Positions 9,503 through 19,001 of a DNA stretch of 64,000 bases are shown here, piece after piece (the first letter of the stretch is position 1; every line of letters begins with the position of its first letter). This DNA is from an uncultured Prevotellaceae bacterium (GTDB lineage Bacteria; Bacteroidota; Bacteroidia; Bacteroidales; UBA3663), in assembly GCA_964567855.1 (NCBI GenBank), contig CAZMOE010000004.1:10544-74543 (forward strand), read 5' to 3'. The notes beneath the pieces were generated by a model, which was given only the letters and a program-made list of their open reading frames with translations, did no database searches and was not told where the DNA came from. A program made the translations under genes and the position numbers.

Positions 9503-10732
9503 ATGATCATTTTGCTTTTCCTTCTGTGCCTGAGCCTCTCCATAGCGGCCGATTTCGCATTCCTGCGTAGTCTAAAAAGATTTCTTGCCCCACGCTACCT
9601 CCGATATTTCCGCCGGACCTGTTTTCTTTTGGAATTTTATCTGCTCGGATACATCATTCTTCTGCTCACCAGCCGCTCCATGGTATTACCGGCCCCGGGA
9701 TGGACCTTGGCGGCCATGACCATACTCTTTCCCAAAATATTGTTTGTGCTCCTGTGGACAATTTTCGTATGGCCCCTTTTCAGAACGAAAATCGCCTCCT
9801 ACAATTTTCTATCGGCCTGCATATTATCGGCCATCCTCGGCGGCATTATCCTGCACGGCGGTCTCAAGGAACGGTTTCTCGTACAGGTGAACCGGGTGGA
9901 AATCTCCAGTCCGCACCTTCCCTGCTCGTTCGACGGCTACCGCATCGCCCAGATTTCCGACTTCCATCTTGGTAGTCTGACCCTGAAGGATACGACATTC
10001 GTCCGCCGAGTTACCGACAGCATTCTCGCCCTGCAACCTGACATTGTCTGCTTCACCGGAGACCTTGTCAACTGCGAATCCGAAGAGGCGAGACCATTTA
10101 TCGATGAGTTGCGCCGGATGCGAACCCGCCGCCACCAGGTATTTGCCATCCTGGGCAACCATGATTATGCAGACTATGCAAGGACGATGCCCGACTCGCT
10201 TCATCAGGCCGATGCCGACACTTTGCGGCACCTCATCACTACAGCAGGATGGACCTTGCTTGACAACCGGGGCGAAATCATCCGTCACCGGGCCGAACGC
10301 TCCGCCAACGACTATTACGATCCGACCGAATATATCCGTATCGTCGGGGTAGGCAATATCGGAGAGCCTCCGTTCACGACCTACGGAGATCTGCGCACAG
10401 CCCTGGCCTCGCTTCCGGACGCTTCAACAAACACAGATACGACCTCAACCCGACCGTTCACCATTCTGCTCAGCCATAATCCTACCCACTGGAGGCAGGA
10501 GGTCCTGCCGGATTCCGAAATAGACCTTATGCTGGCCGGTCATACCCACGGAATGCAAATAAAAATAGCAGGATTCTCTCCTGCTGTCTGGAAATACAAA
10601 GAATGGGGAGGCCTCTACAGTGAAAACGACCGCCACCTCTACGTGAACACCGGCCTCGGCACAGTCGGATTTCCCGCCCGCATCGGTCTAAAACCCGAAA
10701 TCACCCTGATCACCCTGAGATGTGAAAAATGA
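9503..10732 (+). CDS. Membrane-anchored metallophosphoesterase (YkuE/calcineurin-like)
   Basis: The ORF track shows 9131-10732, but its first 124 codons overlap the convergent AlkD-like gene. The ATG at 9503 (MIILLFLLCLS) follows a promoter box. TM helices come first, then QISDFHLG, FTGDLV, GNHDY and GHTHG phosphoesterase motifs. Confidence 0.8.
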   Translation: MIILLFLLCLSLSIAADFAFLRSLKRFLAPRYLRYFRRTCFLLEFYLLGYIILLLTSRSMVLPAPGWTLAAMTILFPKILFVLLWTIFVWPLFRTKIASYNFLSACILSAILGGIILHGGLKERFLVQVNRVEISSPHLPCSFDGYRIAQISDFHLGSLTLKDTTFVRRVTDSILALQPDIVCFTGDLVNCESEEARPFIDELRRMRTRRHQVFAILGNHDYADYARTMPDSLHQADADTLRHLITTAGWTLLDNRGEIIRHRAERSANDYYDPTEYIRIVGVGNIGEPPFTTYGDLRTALASLPDASTNTDTTSTRPFTILLSHNPTHWRQEVLPDSEIDLMLAGHTHGMQIKIAGFSPAVWKYKEWGGLYSENDRHLYVNTGLGTVGFPARIGLKPEITLITLRCEK

Positions 10733-10746
10733 TCGGCAGGCCGCTG

Positions 10747-11727
10747 TCAGCGGTTCCGCTCCATAAAATAATCAACCAGATCGGTCAGCGCACGCCGTGC
10801 CGGATTATCCGGAAAGCCCCCCAACATCGACTTGGCCTCAAAAGCCAGACTTTTCATTTTGGCCACAGCGTATTCAATACCGCCGCTGGCCACGGCAAAT
10901 TCCACCAACTGCGCGATATGAGGCGCGGAAAGCGTTTCATTCTCCTCCAGCAACCGCCGCATCCGCGCGGCCTCATCGGCCGGTGCGTGCTGCAACGCAT
11001 AAAGAAGGGGCAGCGTAATCTTGCCCTCGCGAATATCGTGGCCGGAAGGTTTACCCATTTCGGCCGACGGCAGATAATCGAAAAGATCATCACGCACCTG
11101 AAACACCAATCCTATCTTTTCTCCGATAAGCGCCAGCCGCCCAGCCTCTTCCGCCGATGCCCCGACTGAAATCGCCCCGATTTTCATACAAGCGGAGAAC
11201 AGTGAGGCCGTTTTATCCCCGATCACCCGGAAATAAGCCTCCTCGCTGACAGAGCGCGCCCGCATATTGGAGAGTTGTTCCAGCTCCCCTTCCGAAAGAC
11301 GGGTCACAATGTCGGCCAAAATGGCCAATATCTCAAGAGATTGTGTGGAATGAAGACGAAGCAGGCATTTGGAAAGGAAAAAGTCACCCATCAGGACAGC
11401 TACTTTATTGTCCCATATCCGATTGACGGTCGCCGCACCCCGGCGGCGGTCGCTTTCATCGATGACGTCATCGTGCATCAGCGAAGCATTGTGAAGCAAT
11501 TCCAGGGCCACAGCGCCATCATAGGTGCAGCAGGTCACGCCACCGGCCAGCAACTTGGCCGAAAGCAGCGTGATAATGGGCCGCACCCCCTTGCCCTTGC
11601 GGTCACGAAAATAATCGATCACACTATCGGCCAACGGAACGCGTGTCCGTAAAGTGTGTTCCATTAGCTTGTGCAATTCATCCAGTTCCGGACCGATGCA
11701 ACTTCTGATTTCGTCAAACTTCTCCAT
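10747..11727 (-). CDS. Polyprenyl synthetase (octaprenyl-diphosphate synthase-like)
   Basis: Start taken at MEKFDEIRS. First DDxxD motif is LMHDDVIDESDRRRG and the second is FQVRDDLFDY. Confidence 0.85.
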   Translation of the reverse strand: MEKFDEIRSCIGPELDELHKLMEHTLRTRVPLADSVIDYFRDRKGKGVRPIITLLSAKLLAGGVTCCTYDGAVALELLHNASLMHDDVIDESDRRRGAATVNRIWDNKVAVLMGDFFLSKCLLRLHSTQSLEILAILADIVTRLSEGELEQLSNMRARSVSEEAYFRVIGDKTASLFSACMKIGAISVGASAEEAGRLALIGEKIGLVFQVRDDLFDYLPSAEMGKPSGHDIREGKITLPLLYALQHAPADEAARMRRLLEENETLSAPHIAQLVEFAVASGGIEYAVAKMKSLAFEAKSMLGGFPDNPARRALTDLVDYFMERNR

Positions 11728-11950
11728 AACGCTCCAAACAAATACAGCTGCAAAGATAGTGCAACCCGAAAGTAAAAACAAATTTATCGGTACTTTGCTT
11801 GATCCTTGTTACAGGATTTCCGCGCCGCCGTGCAGGAATGGTATGGGCAATGTTTCCGGCACAGCGGCAGGAACCGCCCACACCGTTACCACTCCCTGAC
11901 ATGACGGACCGAGGGGGTATAAGTGCATAAACGGCGGTTCCAGCGCTGAA

Positions 11951-12931
11951 TTAATGATCGCGCAGGGAGTAGTTCTTGAAAAACTGGGTGCGCTCGAAAG
12001 GATTCCGATCCTCATTGCCGCATCCGGCGTTGAGCAAACCGCGAAACTCAGCAATGCTGCCGTATCCCTCGCGCGCCATCCAGCCGCGCAGCTCATCGAG
12101 CATGGTCGCCACCTGCCCGTAACCGCCACGGTAGAGCGTTGTGCAGACCTCGGCGACCGAGGCACCGGCCAGAATGACCTTGATCAGCGAACGCCCGTCG
12201 GCCACACCGCCCGAGGCACCCAGGTTCACTTTCGGAAGGCGGCCGGAAACAAGGGCCACCCAACGCAACACCTCCGCCAGATCGGCAGGATGCCCCAGAA
12301 CCTCACCATGAGCGTATTGAAAAGAATCGATATCCAGATCCGGCGAAGCCATACGGTTGAACAGAATCACAGCGGCGGCCCCATTGGCATATAGCTGATC
12401 GACAAGGGGAATGCAGTTGGTGAAACGGCTGCCCAGTTTTACGATGACGGGAATGCCCAAACTCTTTCTGACACTCCGGAAAATGTCCAGATGCAACCGT
12501 TCAAAACTTCCATACGTGTAGTCGATCTCGCTATTGACAGCCATGATATTCAATTCCAGCGCATCGGCCCCGGCCTCTTCGATTTGGCGGGCGAAGTCGC
12601 ACCATTCGGCTATCCGGTAGCAATTGATACTGGCAATGACAGGTATCGAGCAAGCCGCCTTGCATCCGCGCACCAGTGCCAGATAGTCTTCCAGCCTATG
12701 CGCCCGGAAATAGAACTGCAGATAGTCGGCCTCTTCGGCATGGCTGCCCGTTTCCATCGCCCCGACCGCAGCCAGAATCTCCTCCTCGAAAAGAGATTTC
12801 AGCACCACGGCGGCGGCCCCGGCCTCCTCCCAGCGTTTTACCTTCTCCACACTATCGGTCAATCCGCTACTGCTCACTATCAGAGGGTTTTTCAACGTCA
12901 AACCGGCAAACGATACTGCTAAATTCTCCAT
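11951..12931 (-). CDS. Dihydroorotate dehydrogenase-like (PyrD/PreA family) flavoprotein
   Basis: Start taken at MENLAVSFAGLTLKNPLIVSSSGL. TIM-barrel DHOD family pattern (LKSLFEEE, IASINC, VKLG, GASGGVADG). Confidence 0.7.
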   Translation of the reverse strand: MENLAVSFAGLTLKNPLIVSSSGLTDSVEKVKRWEEAGAAAVVLKSLFEEEILAAVGAMETGSHAEEADYLQFYFRAHRLEDYLALVRGCKAACSIPVIASINCYRIAEWCDFARQIEEAGADALELNIMAVNSEIDYTYGSFERLHLDIFRSVRKSLGIPVIVKLGSRFTNCIPLVDQLYANGAAAVILFNRMASPDLDIDSFQYAHGEVLGHPADLAEVLRWVALVSGRLPKVNLGASGGVADGRSLIKVILAGASVAEVCTTLYRGGYGQVATMLDELRGWMAREGYGSIAEFRGLLNAGCGNEDRNPFERTQFFKNYSLRDH

Positions 12932-13040
12932 ACGGCATCTATATTGAATTACAATCATATAAACAACCGTCACGAACATTCCGTTTGGCATATTTCCTGC
13001 GGATTTCACGCAATTATTTGTTTTACTTATAGTTTTTATT

Positions 13041-13048
13041 TATATTTG
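13041..13048 (+). promoter_or_regulatory. -7 promoter box (TATATTTG) upstream of parC
   Basis: TAnnTTTG match 63 nt upstream of the parC ATG. Confidence 0.4.
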
Positions 13049-13110
13049 CATGGCTATTTGCCGTAGCGGGAATACTTTCCTGCAAACTTAATACAGAGAA
13101 TATCGATACT

Positions 13111-15870
13111 ATGAAAGAGGACGACAAAGAGAAACGACAACCTTCTGACGAAGAAACTACAGAAACCTCAGGCGAATCCCGGATCGAAGAGAGCGAAACA
13201 GCGGAACATAATTCAACCTCAGACTCCGACGATATATCGGATACCGCCGACGAAGAGGCCACACCCTCCGATGATGAAACCGTAGCCGAAGGCAACGGCT
13301 ATCACCCCCGCAACGATGATGAAACCGGCGACACGATTCACCATCTCAGCGGCATGTTCCAGAACTGGTTCCTCGACTATGCTTCGTACGTTATTCTCGA
13401 ACGCGCCGTCCCCCACGTGCTCGACGGACTGAAACCCGTGCAGCGCCGCATTCTCCACGCAATGAAAGTTATCGACGATGGCCGTTATAATAAGGTTGCC
13501 AATATTGTCGGTCAGACCATGCAGTACCATCCCCACGGCGACGCCTCCATCGGCGACGCCCTGGTGCAGCTGGGACAGAAAGAACTGCTCATTGACACGC
13601 AAGGAAACTGGGGCAATATACTCACCGGCGATGACGCGGCGGCTCCGCGTTATATAGAGGCCCGCCTCTCGCCGTTTGCGCTGGATGTCGTCTACAACAA
13701 CAAGATCACCCCGTGGCAATTAAGCTACGACGGCAGGAAAAAAGAGCCGATCAACCTTCCCGTAAAGTTCCCCTTGCTGCTGGCTCAGGGTGTAGAGGGT
13801 ATCGCGGTCGGCCTTTCGTCTAAAATATTGCCTCACAATTTCAACGAGCTGCTCGACGCCTCGATAGCATACCTGCGCGGCGAAGATTTTTTACTTTATC
13901 CCGACTTTCCCACCGGCGGCCTGATCGATGTCAGCAAATATCATGACGGTGAACGCGGCGGAGCCGTCAAGGTTCGTTCCCATATCGAAAAAATCGACAA
14001 CAAGACTCTCGTCATCAAGGATATTCCCTTCGGCAAAACCGTCGGCACCGTGATAGAAAGCATCATGAAGGCAGCGGAAAAAGGAAAAATAAAAATCCGT
14101 AAGGTCGATGACAATACAGCCGCTAATGTCGAAATCATCGTACATCTCGCCCCCGGTGTCTCCAGCGACAAATCCATCGATGCCCTCTATGCCTTCACCG
14201 ATTGTGAAGTCAGCATTTCGCCCAACTGCTGTGTCATATATGACAAAAAGCCCCACTTCCTGTGCGTAAGCGAGGTATTGAGACGCAGTGCCGACAATAC
14301 CCGCGAATTACTGCGTCAGGAGTTGGAAATCAACCGCCACGAACTTCAGGAACATCTTCTCACCTGTTCGCTCGAAAAGATCTTCATCGAAGAACGCATC
14401 TACAAGGACAAGGAATTTGAAGAAGCGAAAAACATGGAGGCCGCCGTGGCACATATCGATGGCCGCCTCGATCCCTGGAAGCCCTCTTTCATCCGCGAAA
14501 TCACCACTGACGACATTCTAAAGCTCATGGAGATCAAGATGGGACGCATCCTGAAATTCAACAGCGCCAAGGCCGAAGAGGAAATCGCCAACACCCAGAA
14601 GAAAATCCGCCAGATAGAGCGTAATCTCAAACATCTGACCGATTATACCGTCTCCTGGTTCGAACGGTTGAAAGAAAAATACGGAGCCGCCCACCCCCGG
14701 CTTACTGAAATACGCAATTTCAACAATATCGACTCCACCAAAGTCATCGAATCCAACCTCAAACTGTATATCAACAGGGAGGAAGGGTTCATCGGCACAT
14801 CGCTGAAATCCTGCGAATACGTCTGCAACTGCTCGGAGATCGACGATATCATACTGATCTACAAAAACGGCAACTACAAGATCGTTCGCGTCAGCGACAA
14901 ACTGTTTGTCGGCAAAGATGTGCTCTACTTAAACGTATTCCGGAAGAGCGATGCGAGGACAATATATAACATCGTCTACCGCGATGGCAAGACCGGCCCG
15001 TATTATATCAAGCGCTTCAACATTACAAGCATCCAGCGCGATAAGGTTTATGACATGACGCAGGGAAAAGAGGGCAGCAAGATCGCTTATCTGAGCGCCA
15101 ATCTCAACGGAGAGGCCGAAGTGTTGCGTATCACCCTCAAGCCGCGCATACATATCAAGAACTTCACGTTTGAAAAGAACTTCGCCGAAATTCCGATCAA
15201 AGGACGCGGCACAAGAGGTTCCATCCTCACCAAAGTGGACATATCACGCATCGTGGTCAAGGAACGGGGCGGTTCAACGCTCGGCGGACGTCCGGTGTGG
15301 TATGATTCCGATGTCTGCCGGATCAATTATGACAAACAGGGGCAATATCTCGGCGACTTTTTGAGTGAGGACCGTATTCTGGTCATCCTCGACAACTACG
15401 ATTATTACCTTACCACCTTTGACGAAAACAATCACTATGAACACAATATCCTGCGCATAGAGAAATATGACGCCTCGAAAGTCTGGACCGTAGTGATGAA
15501 AGACTGGGAAACCGACTGCTACAACCTGAAGCGATGCTGTCTGGATGCAACGGGACGGAAACAGAACATCCTGGGCGACCCGAAACGCTTCTCTATGGCC
15601 CTTCTCTCCGATACTCCGTATGCCCGCATAGGGGTGCAGTTCGGCAAAGGAGACGAGTTCCGGGCTCCGCTGGAGATCGAGGCAGAAGAATTCATTCCGC
15701 TCCGCTCCGTCAATACCAAAGGAAAACGGATCAGCAATTATTTCATCAAAAACGTCGAAGAGCTTCCGCCGCTCCGGCAACCGGAACCCGCTCCGGAAAA
15801 GGAAGGAGATGACACCTCGGAGACAGACGGGAATAACTCTGCCGACGAAAACGAAGGGACATTGTTTTGA
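13111..15870 (+). CDS. parC: DNA topoisomerase IV subunit A with acidic N- and C-terminal extensions
   Basis: 919 aa. WFLDYASYVILERAVPHVLDGLKPVQRRILHAM and QYHPHGDASIGDALV are GyrA/ParC motifs. There is no GyrA-box-type beta-pinwheel signature. The Bacteroidetes ParC architecture fits. Confidence 0.85.
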   Translation: MKEDDKEKRQPSDEETTETSGESRIEESETAEHNSTSDSDDISDTADEEATPSDDETVAEGNGYHPRNDDETGDTIHHLSGMFQNWFLDYASYVILERAVPHVLDGLKPVQRRILHAMKVIDDGRYNKVANIVGQTMQYHPHGDASIGDALVQLGQKELLIDTQGNWGNILTGDDAAAPRYIEARLSPFALDVVYNNKITPWQLSYDGRKKEPINLPVKFPLLLAQGVEGIAVGLSSKILPHNFNELLDASIAYLRGEDFLLYPDFPTGGLIDVSKYHDGERGGAVKVRSHIEKIDNKTLVIKDIPFGKTVGTVIESIMKAAEKGKIKIRKVDDNTAANVEIIVHLAPGVSSDKSIDALYAFTDCEVSISPNCCVIYDKKPHFLCVSEVLRRSADNTRELLRQELEINRHELQEHLLTCSLEKIFIEERIYKDKEFEEAKNMEAAVAHIDGRLDPWKPSFIREITTDDILKLMEIKMGRILKFNSAKAEEEIANTQKKIRQIERNLKHLTDYTVSWFERLKEKYGAAHPRLTEIRNFNNIDSTKVIESNLKLYINREEGFIGTSLKSCEYVCNCSEIDDIILIYKNGNYKIVRVSDKLFVGKDVLYLNVFRKSDARTIYNIVYRDGKTGPYYIKRFNITSIQRDKVYDMTQGKEGSKIAYLSANLNGEAEVLRITLKPRIHIKNFTFEKNFAEIPIKGRGTRGSILTKVDISRIVVKERGGSTLGGRPVWYDSDVCRINYDKQGQYLGDFLSEDRILVILDNYDYYLTTFDENNHYEHNILRIEKYDASKVWTVVMKDWETDCYNLKRCCLDATGRKQNILGDPKRFSMALLSDTPYARIGVQFGKGDEFRAPLEIEAEEFIPLRSVNTKGKRISNYFIKNVEELPPLRQPEPAPEKEGDDTSETDGNNSADENEGTLF

Positions 15871-15875
15871 AGCCA

Positions 15876-16775
15876 ATGACAACACTACATAAGATCTCCT
15901 GCCGCTGGCCGTTGGCGCTGATTGCCCCATTACTGATGCTTCAGACACTCATGGCCTCAGAACCGACGGATTCCGTAACGATCCGCCCGGTCACCAATGC
16001 CGTTACCTTTACTTTCGGAGGTTCCAAGGTCCGCGACACTTATCTCACCCCTTTACTATATGAGGGAACGGGCGTAACCGTCCAGTTCGACCGCTGGCGC
16101 AGAATGCGTAACACTCGGCTGACAAACCAGCAGATCTTTATGGCCGGCTTTTCCGGCGGTGAAGACAAGAGCCACAACAGCGAGACCTGGACCGGCCGTT
16201 TTCTTTATCGCTACGCCCTCCATTTCGGACTGCTTCGCGGCAACCGGTGGACGCTCCTCCTCGGACCTTACGCCAACAGCGAAATCGGGTTCAACTACAA
16301 TCTCAAGCTGACCGGCAGCAACAATCCCGCCACGGTGCGCTGGGTTTCCAATTTCGGAGCCTCGGCGGCTATTGGTTGCCATTACCGGCTTCTCGGGCAT
16401 CCCTGCACGGCCCTTTTACAGGCCCAGACACCTCTGATAGGTGCCGCCGTCATGCCCGAATACGGCGCCTCCTATTATGAAACCTTTTATCTGGAAACCA
16501 CAGATGCTACCGTACACAATACCAGCCTTCACAACCAACAGGATCTTGACATCCGGCTAATCACCGATGTTCCCCTTGCCGTCATACCCTGGTTCCGCAA
16601 GCTGAAAACCACAATCCGTATAGGATTCCAGTATCATATCGAAACGATGAAGATCAACGATATTACAACGCGCTATTCCACTATCGGAGCAGTCGTCGGC
16701 TGGAGCTATCAGCATATTCCCTATCACCGTTCCCGCCGTAATATGCTCCGGGAAACGCCTCTCACACCCTGGTAA
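15876..16775 (+). CDS. Hypothetical secreted / outer-membrane beta-barrel-like protein
   Basis: The ATG at 15876 lies 6 nt after the parC stop. Signal peptide LIAPLLMLQTLMASEP. Alternating aromatic/hydrophilic beta-strand-like pattern. No family recognised. Confidence 0.55.
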   Translation: MTTLHKISCRWPLALIAPLLMLQTLMASEPTDSVTIRPVTNAVTFTFGGSKVRDTYLTPLLYEGTGVTVQFDRWRRMRNTRLTNQQIFMAGFSGGEDKSHNSETWTGRFLYRYALHFGLLRGNRWTLLLGPYANSEIGFNYNLKLTGSNNPATVRWVSNFGASAAIGCHYRLLGHPCTALLQAQTPLIGAAVMPEYGASYYETFYLETTDATVHNTSLHNQQDLDIRLITDVPLAVIPWFRKLKTTIRIGFQYHIETMKINDITTRYSTIGAVVGWSYQHIPYHRSRRNMLRETPLTPW

Positions 16776-16792
16776 ACTCAAAAATCTTCCGC

Positions 16793-17860
16793 ATGACCCG
16801 TCATTCGTTCCTATATTGCCTCCTCCTCATGTTCGTGACCGGCACCTCCCTGCTGACCGGTTGCCTGGACGACGATTCGTTAGAAAACGACAATACTCCG
16901 CTCGGAAACTTCAAGGCGTGCTGGACCGCCATGGACGAACATTATTGTTTCTTCAAAGAAAAGAAGGTCGACTGGGATGAAGTATATGACCGCTACCGGC
17001 CTTATTTCGCCGATTCCTGCCCGAATATGCTTCAGACATTCAACAAACTCGGCGAAATGCTGGCGGAAGTAAGAGACGGCCACGTAAATCTCTCATCCGG
17101 GTTCAATGTCGCCCGTTACTGGAGCTGGTATGAAGATTATCCCGACAATTTCGATAGAAACCTGCTCATGAATTACTATCTGGGCAAGCACTATTGGATT
17201 TCCGGCGGAATGTATTACGGTATGTTTGCCGATTCTGTGGCCTACGTCTACTATTCATCGTTCACCAATACCCCTGGTGAGACCAACCTCGATTATATCC
17301 TGACGGCCCTAAACCGTGCGAAAGGCCTCATTTTCGATATCAGGGACAACGGAGGAGGTGCACTAACGAATGTGCCGCGCATCGCCGGCCGGTTTGCCCG
17401 TCAGAAAACCCGCTATGCCTATATGCAACACAAAACAGGTAGCGGACACCGGGATTTTTCCGAGCCGGAACCCCTCTATCTTGAACCGGATGACAAACGC
17501 GTCCAGTGGGATGCCGCAAAGGCTCCCGTCGTGGTGCTCACCAACAGACAGACATATAGTGCCGCCAATGCTTTCGTCGCCGCCATGCGCGCCTTAGACG
17601 GACAGGAGGATAATCTTATCAAGACCATCGGCGATAAAACCGGCGGCGGTGGAGGAATGCCCTTTTCCACGGTCCTACCGAACGGCTGGACGCTCCGCTT
17701 TTCCGCCTGCCCGATCCTGGATCATACCGGCCAGCAGATTGAAGAGGGCATAGAGCCCGATTTCCATGTCGACATGGATTCGGTACATGCCTACAGCCGT
17801 CACGAAGACGACATCATCGAAGCGGCACGCGGCTATATTCTCCAGCACACTTCGAAATAG
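16793..17860 (+). CDS. S41 family peptidase lipoprotein
   Basis: Lipobox LLTGC. FDIRDNGGGALTNV and SAANAFVAAM resemble the S41 (tail-specific protease) catalytic region. Confidence 0.7.
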   Translation: MTRHSFLYCLLLMFVTGTSLLTGCLDDDSLENDNTPLGNFKACWTAMDEHYCFFKEKKVDWDEVYDRYRPYFADSCPNMLQTFNKLGEMLAEVRDGHVNLSSGFNVARYWSWYEDYPDNFDRNLLMNYYLGKHYWISGGMYYGMFADSVAYVYYSSFTNTPGETNLDYILTALNRAKGLIFDIRDNGGGALTNVPRIAGRFARQKTRYAYMQHKTGSGHRDFSEPEPLYLEPDDKRVQWDAAKAPVVVLTNRQTYSAANAFVAAMRALDGQEDNLIKTIGDKTGGGGGMPFSTVLPNGWTLRFSACPILDHTGQQIEEGIEPDFHVDMDSVHAYSRHEDDIIEAARGYILQHTSK

Positions 17861-17895
17861 AACACATAAATCCCTAACAAATAATAATCCACACT

Positions 17896-18126
17896 ATGAA
17901 CTTCCTTCTTTTCAGCTTCGGTACCGGCGAAATCCTGCTTATCGCGCTGGTGGTACTCCTCCTTTTCGGCGGGAAAAAGATTCCGGAACTTATGCGCGGG
18001 CTCGGCAAAGGTGTCAAGAGTTTCAAAGACGGTATGAACGGGCTTGATGACAATAACAAGCAATCCTCATCCGATAAAAACAAGCACGACGAAACAACCC
18101 AAACCGACTCCGACACATCGAAATGA
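17896..18126 (+). CDS. tatA: Twin-arginine translocase TatA/E
   Basis: 76 aa. [36 protein letters not shown] is the canonical TatA helix-hinge-amphipathic motif. Confidence 0.9.
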   Translation: MNFLLFSFGTGEILLIALVVLLLFGGKKIPELMRGLGKGVKSFKDGMNGLDDNNKQSSSDKNKHDETTQTDSDTSK

Positions 18127-18881
18127 GTTCGTCCGGACAAGATTCTCCCCTTACCTTCTGGGGACATCTCGATATCCTACGGCAGGTTCTGTGGCGTTGC
18201 CTGCTGGCCATCGCCATAGCTTCCGTAGCCATTTTCATTTGCAAAGAATGGGTTTTCGAATGGATTCTGGCACCTTGCCGTTCCGATTTCATCACCTACC
18301 GGTGGCTGAATGCGGCGACCGGCTCGTTTTCGGACTTCCGCCTGCAACTGATCAGTACAGAACTGGCAGCCCAATTTCAGGCACACCTGCAGATAGCACT
18401 GGAAGCGGGATTGCTGCTTGCCTCCCCGGTCGTTCTATGGCAACTCTTCGGCTTCATCGCGCCTGCCCTCTATGAGAAAGAACGCCACTTCGCCGCCATC
18501 ATCCTCCCCGCCACCTATCTGCTGTTTTCCATCGGCATTATCGCCAACTACTTCCTGCTCTTTCCCATAGCCCTTCACTTTCTGGGCACCTATCAGGTCA
18601 GTGAAACGATTATCAACAGTATCACCCTCTCCTCCTATATCAATTCCTTCACCTCGATGACCTTTACGATGGGACTCATTTTCGAACTGCCCATCGCCAT
18701 CTGGCTATTAGGTAAAACCGGGTTGATGACCTCCGCCATGCTGCGACGTTACCGCCGTCACGCCCTCGTAGTTATCATGATATTGGCGGCCTTCGTCACA
18801 CCGCCCGATATTTTTACCATGATTCTTGTCACCCTCCCCCTTTACCTGCTGTTCGAAATCAGCATTCATCTGATAAAATAA
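18123..18881 (+). CDS. tatC: Twin-arginine translocase subunit TatC
   Basis: 252 aa with 6 TM helices. [15 protein letters not shown] and FVTPPDIFT motifs. ATGA overlap with tatA. Confidence 0.9.
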   Translation: MSSSGQDSPLTFWGHLDILRQVLWRCLLAIAIASVAIFICKEWVFEWILAPCRSDFITYRWLNAATGSFSDFRLQLISTELAAQFQAHLQIALEAGLLLASPVVLWQLFGFIAPALYEKERHFAAIILPATYLLFSIGIIANYFLLFPIALHFLGTYQVSETIINSITLSSYINSFTSMTFTMGLIFELPIAIWLLGKTGLMTSAMLRRYRRHALVVIMILAAFVTPPDIFTMILVTLPLYLLFEISIHLIK

Positions 18882-18939
18882 ACGACCGGCAAGCTGTTGC
18901 ACGTCATCTGACAAATCGCAATCCCATAACCGAAAAAAA

Positions 18940-18969
18940 TTCCCGGAGAACAGTATCATTCTCCGGGAA
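18940..18969. terminator. Bidirectional terminator between tatC and rnr
   Basis: TTCCCGGAGAA pairs with TTCTCCGGGAA (11-bp stem). A7 run upstream and TCTTTTT downstream. Confidence 0.7.
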
Positions 18970-19001
18970 ATCTTTTTCCTGAAACAGCCTCTCAAACTCT
19001 G

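Noticed and set aside
13023-13295. 90-aa Ser/Glu-rich minus-strand ORF upstream of or overlapping the parC start.
   Set aside because: It is the mirror frame of the acidic low-complexity parC N-terminal extension.
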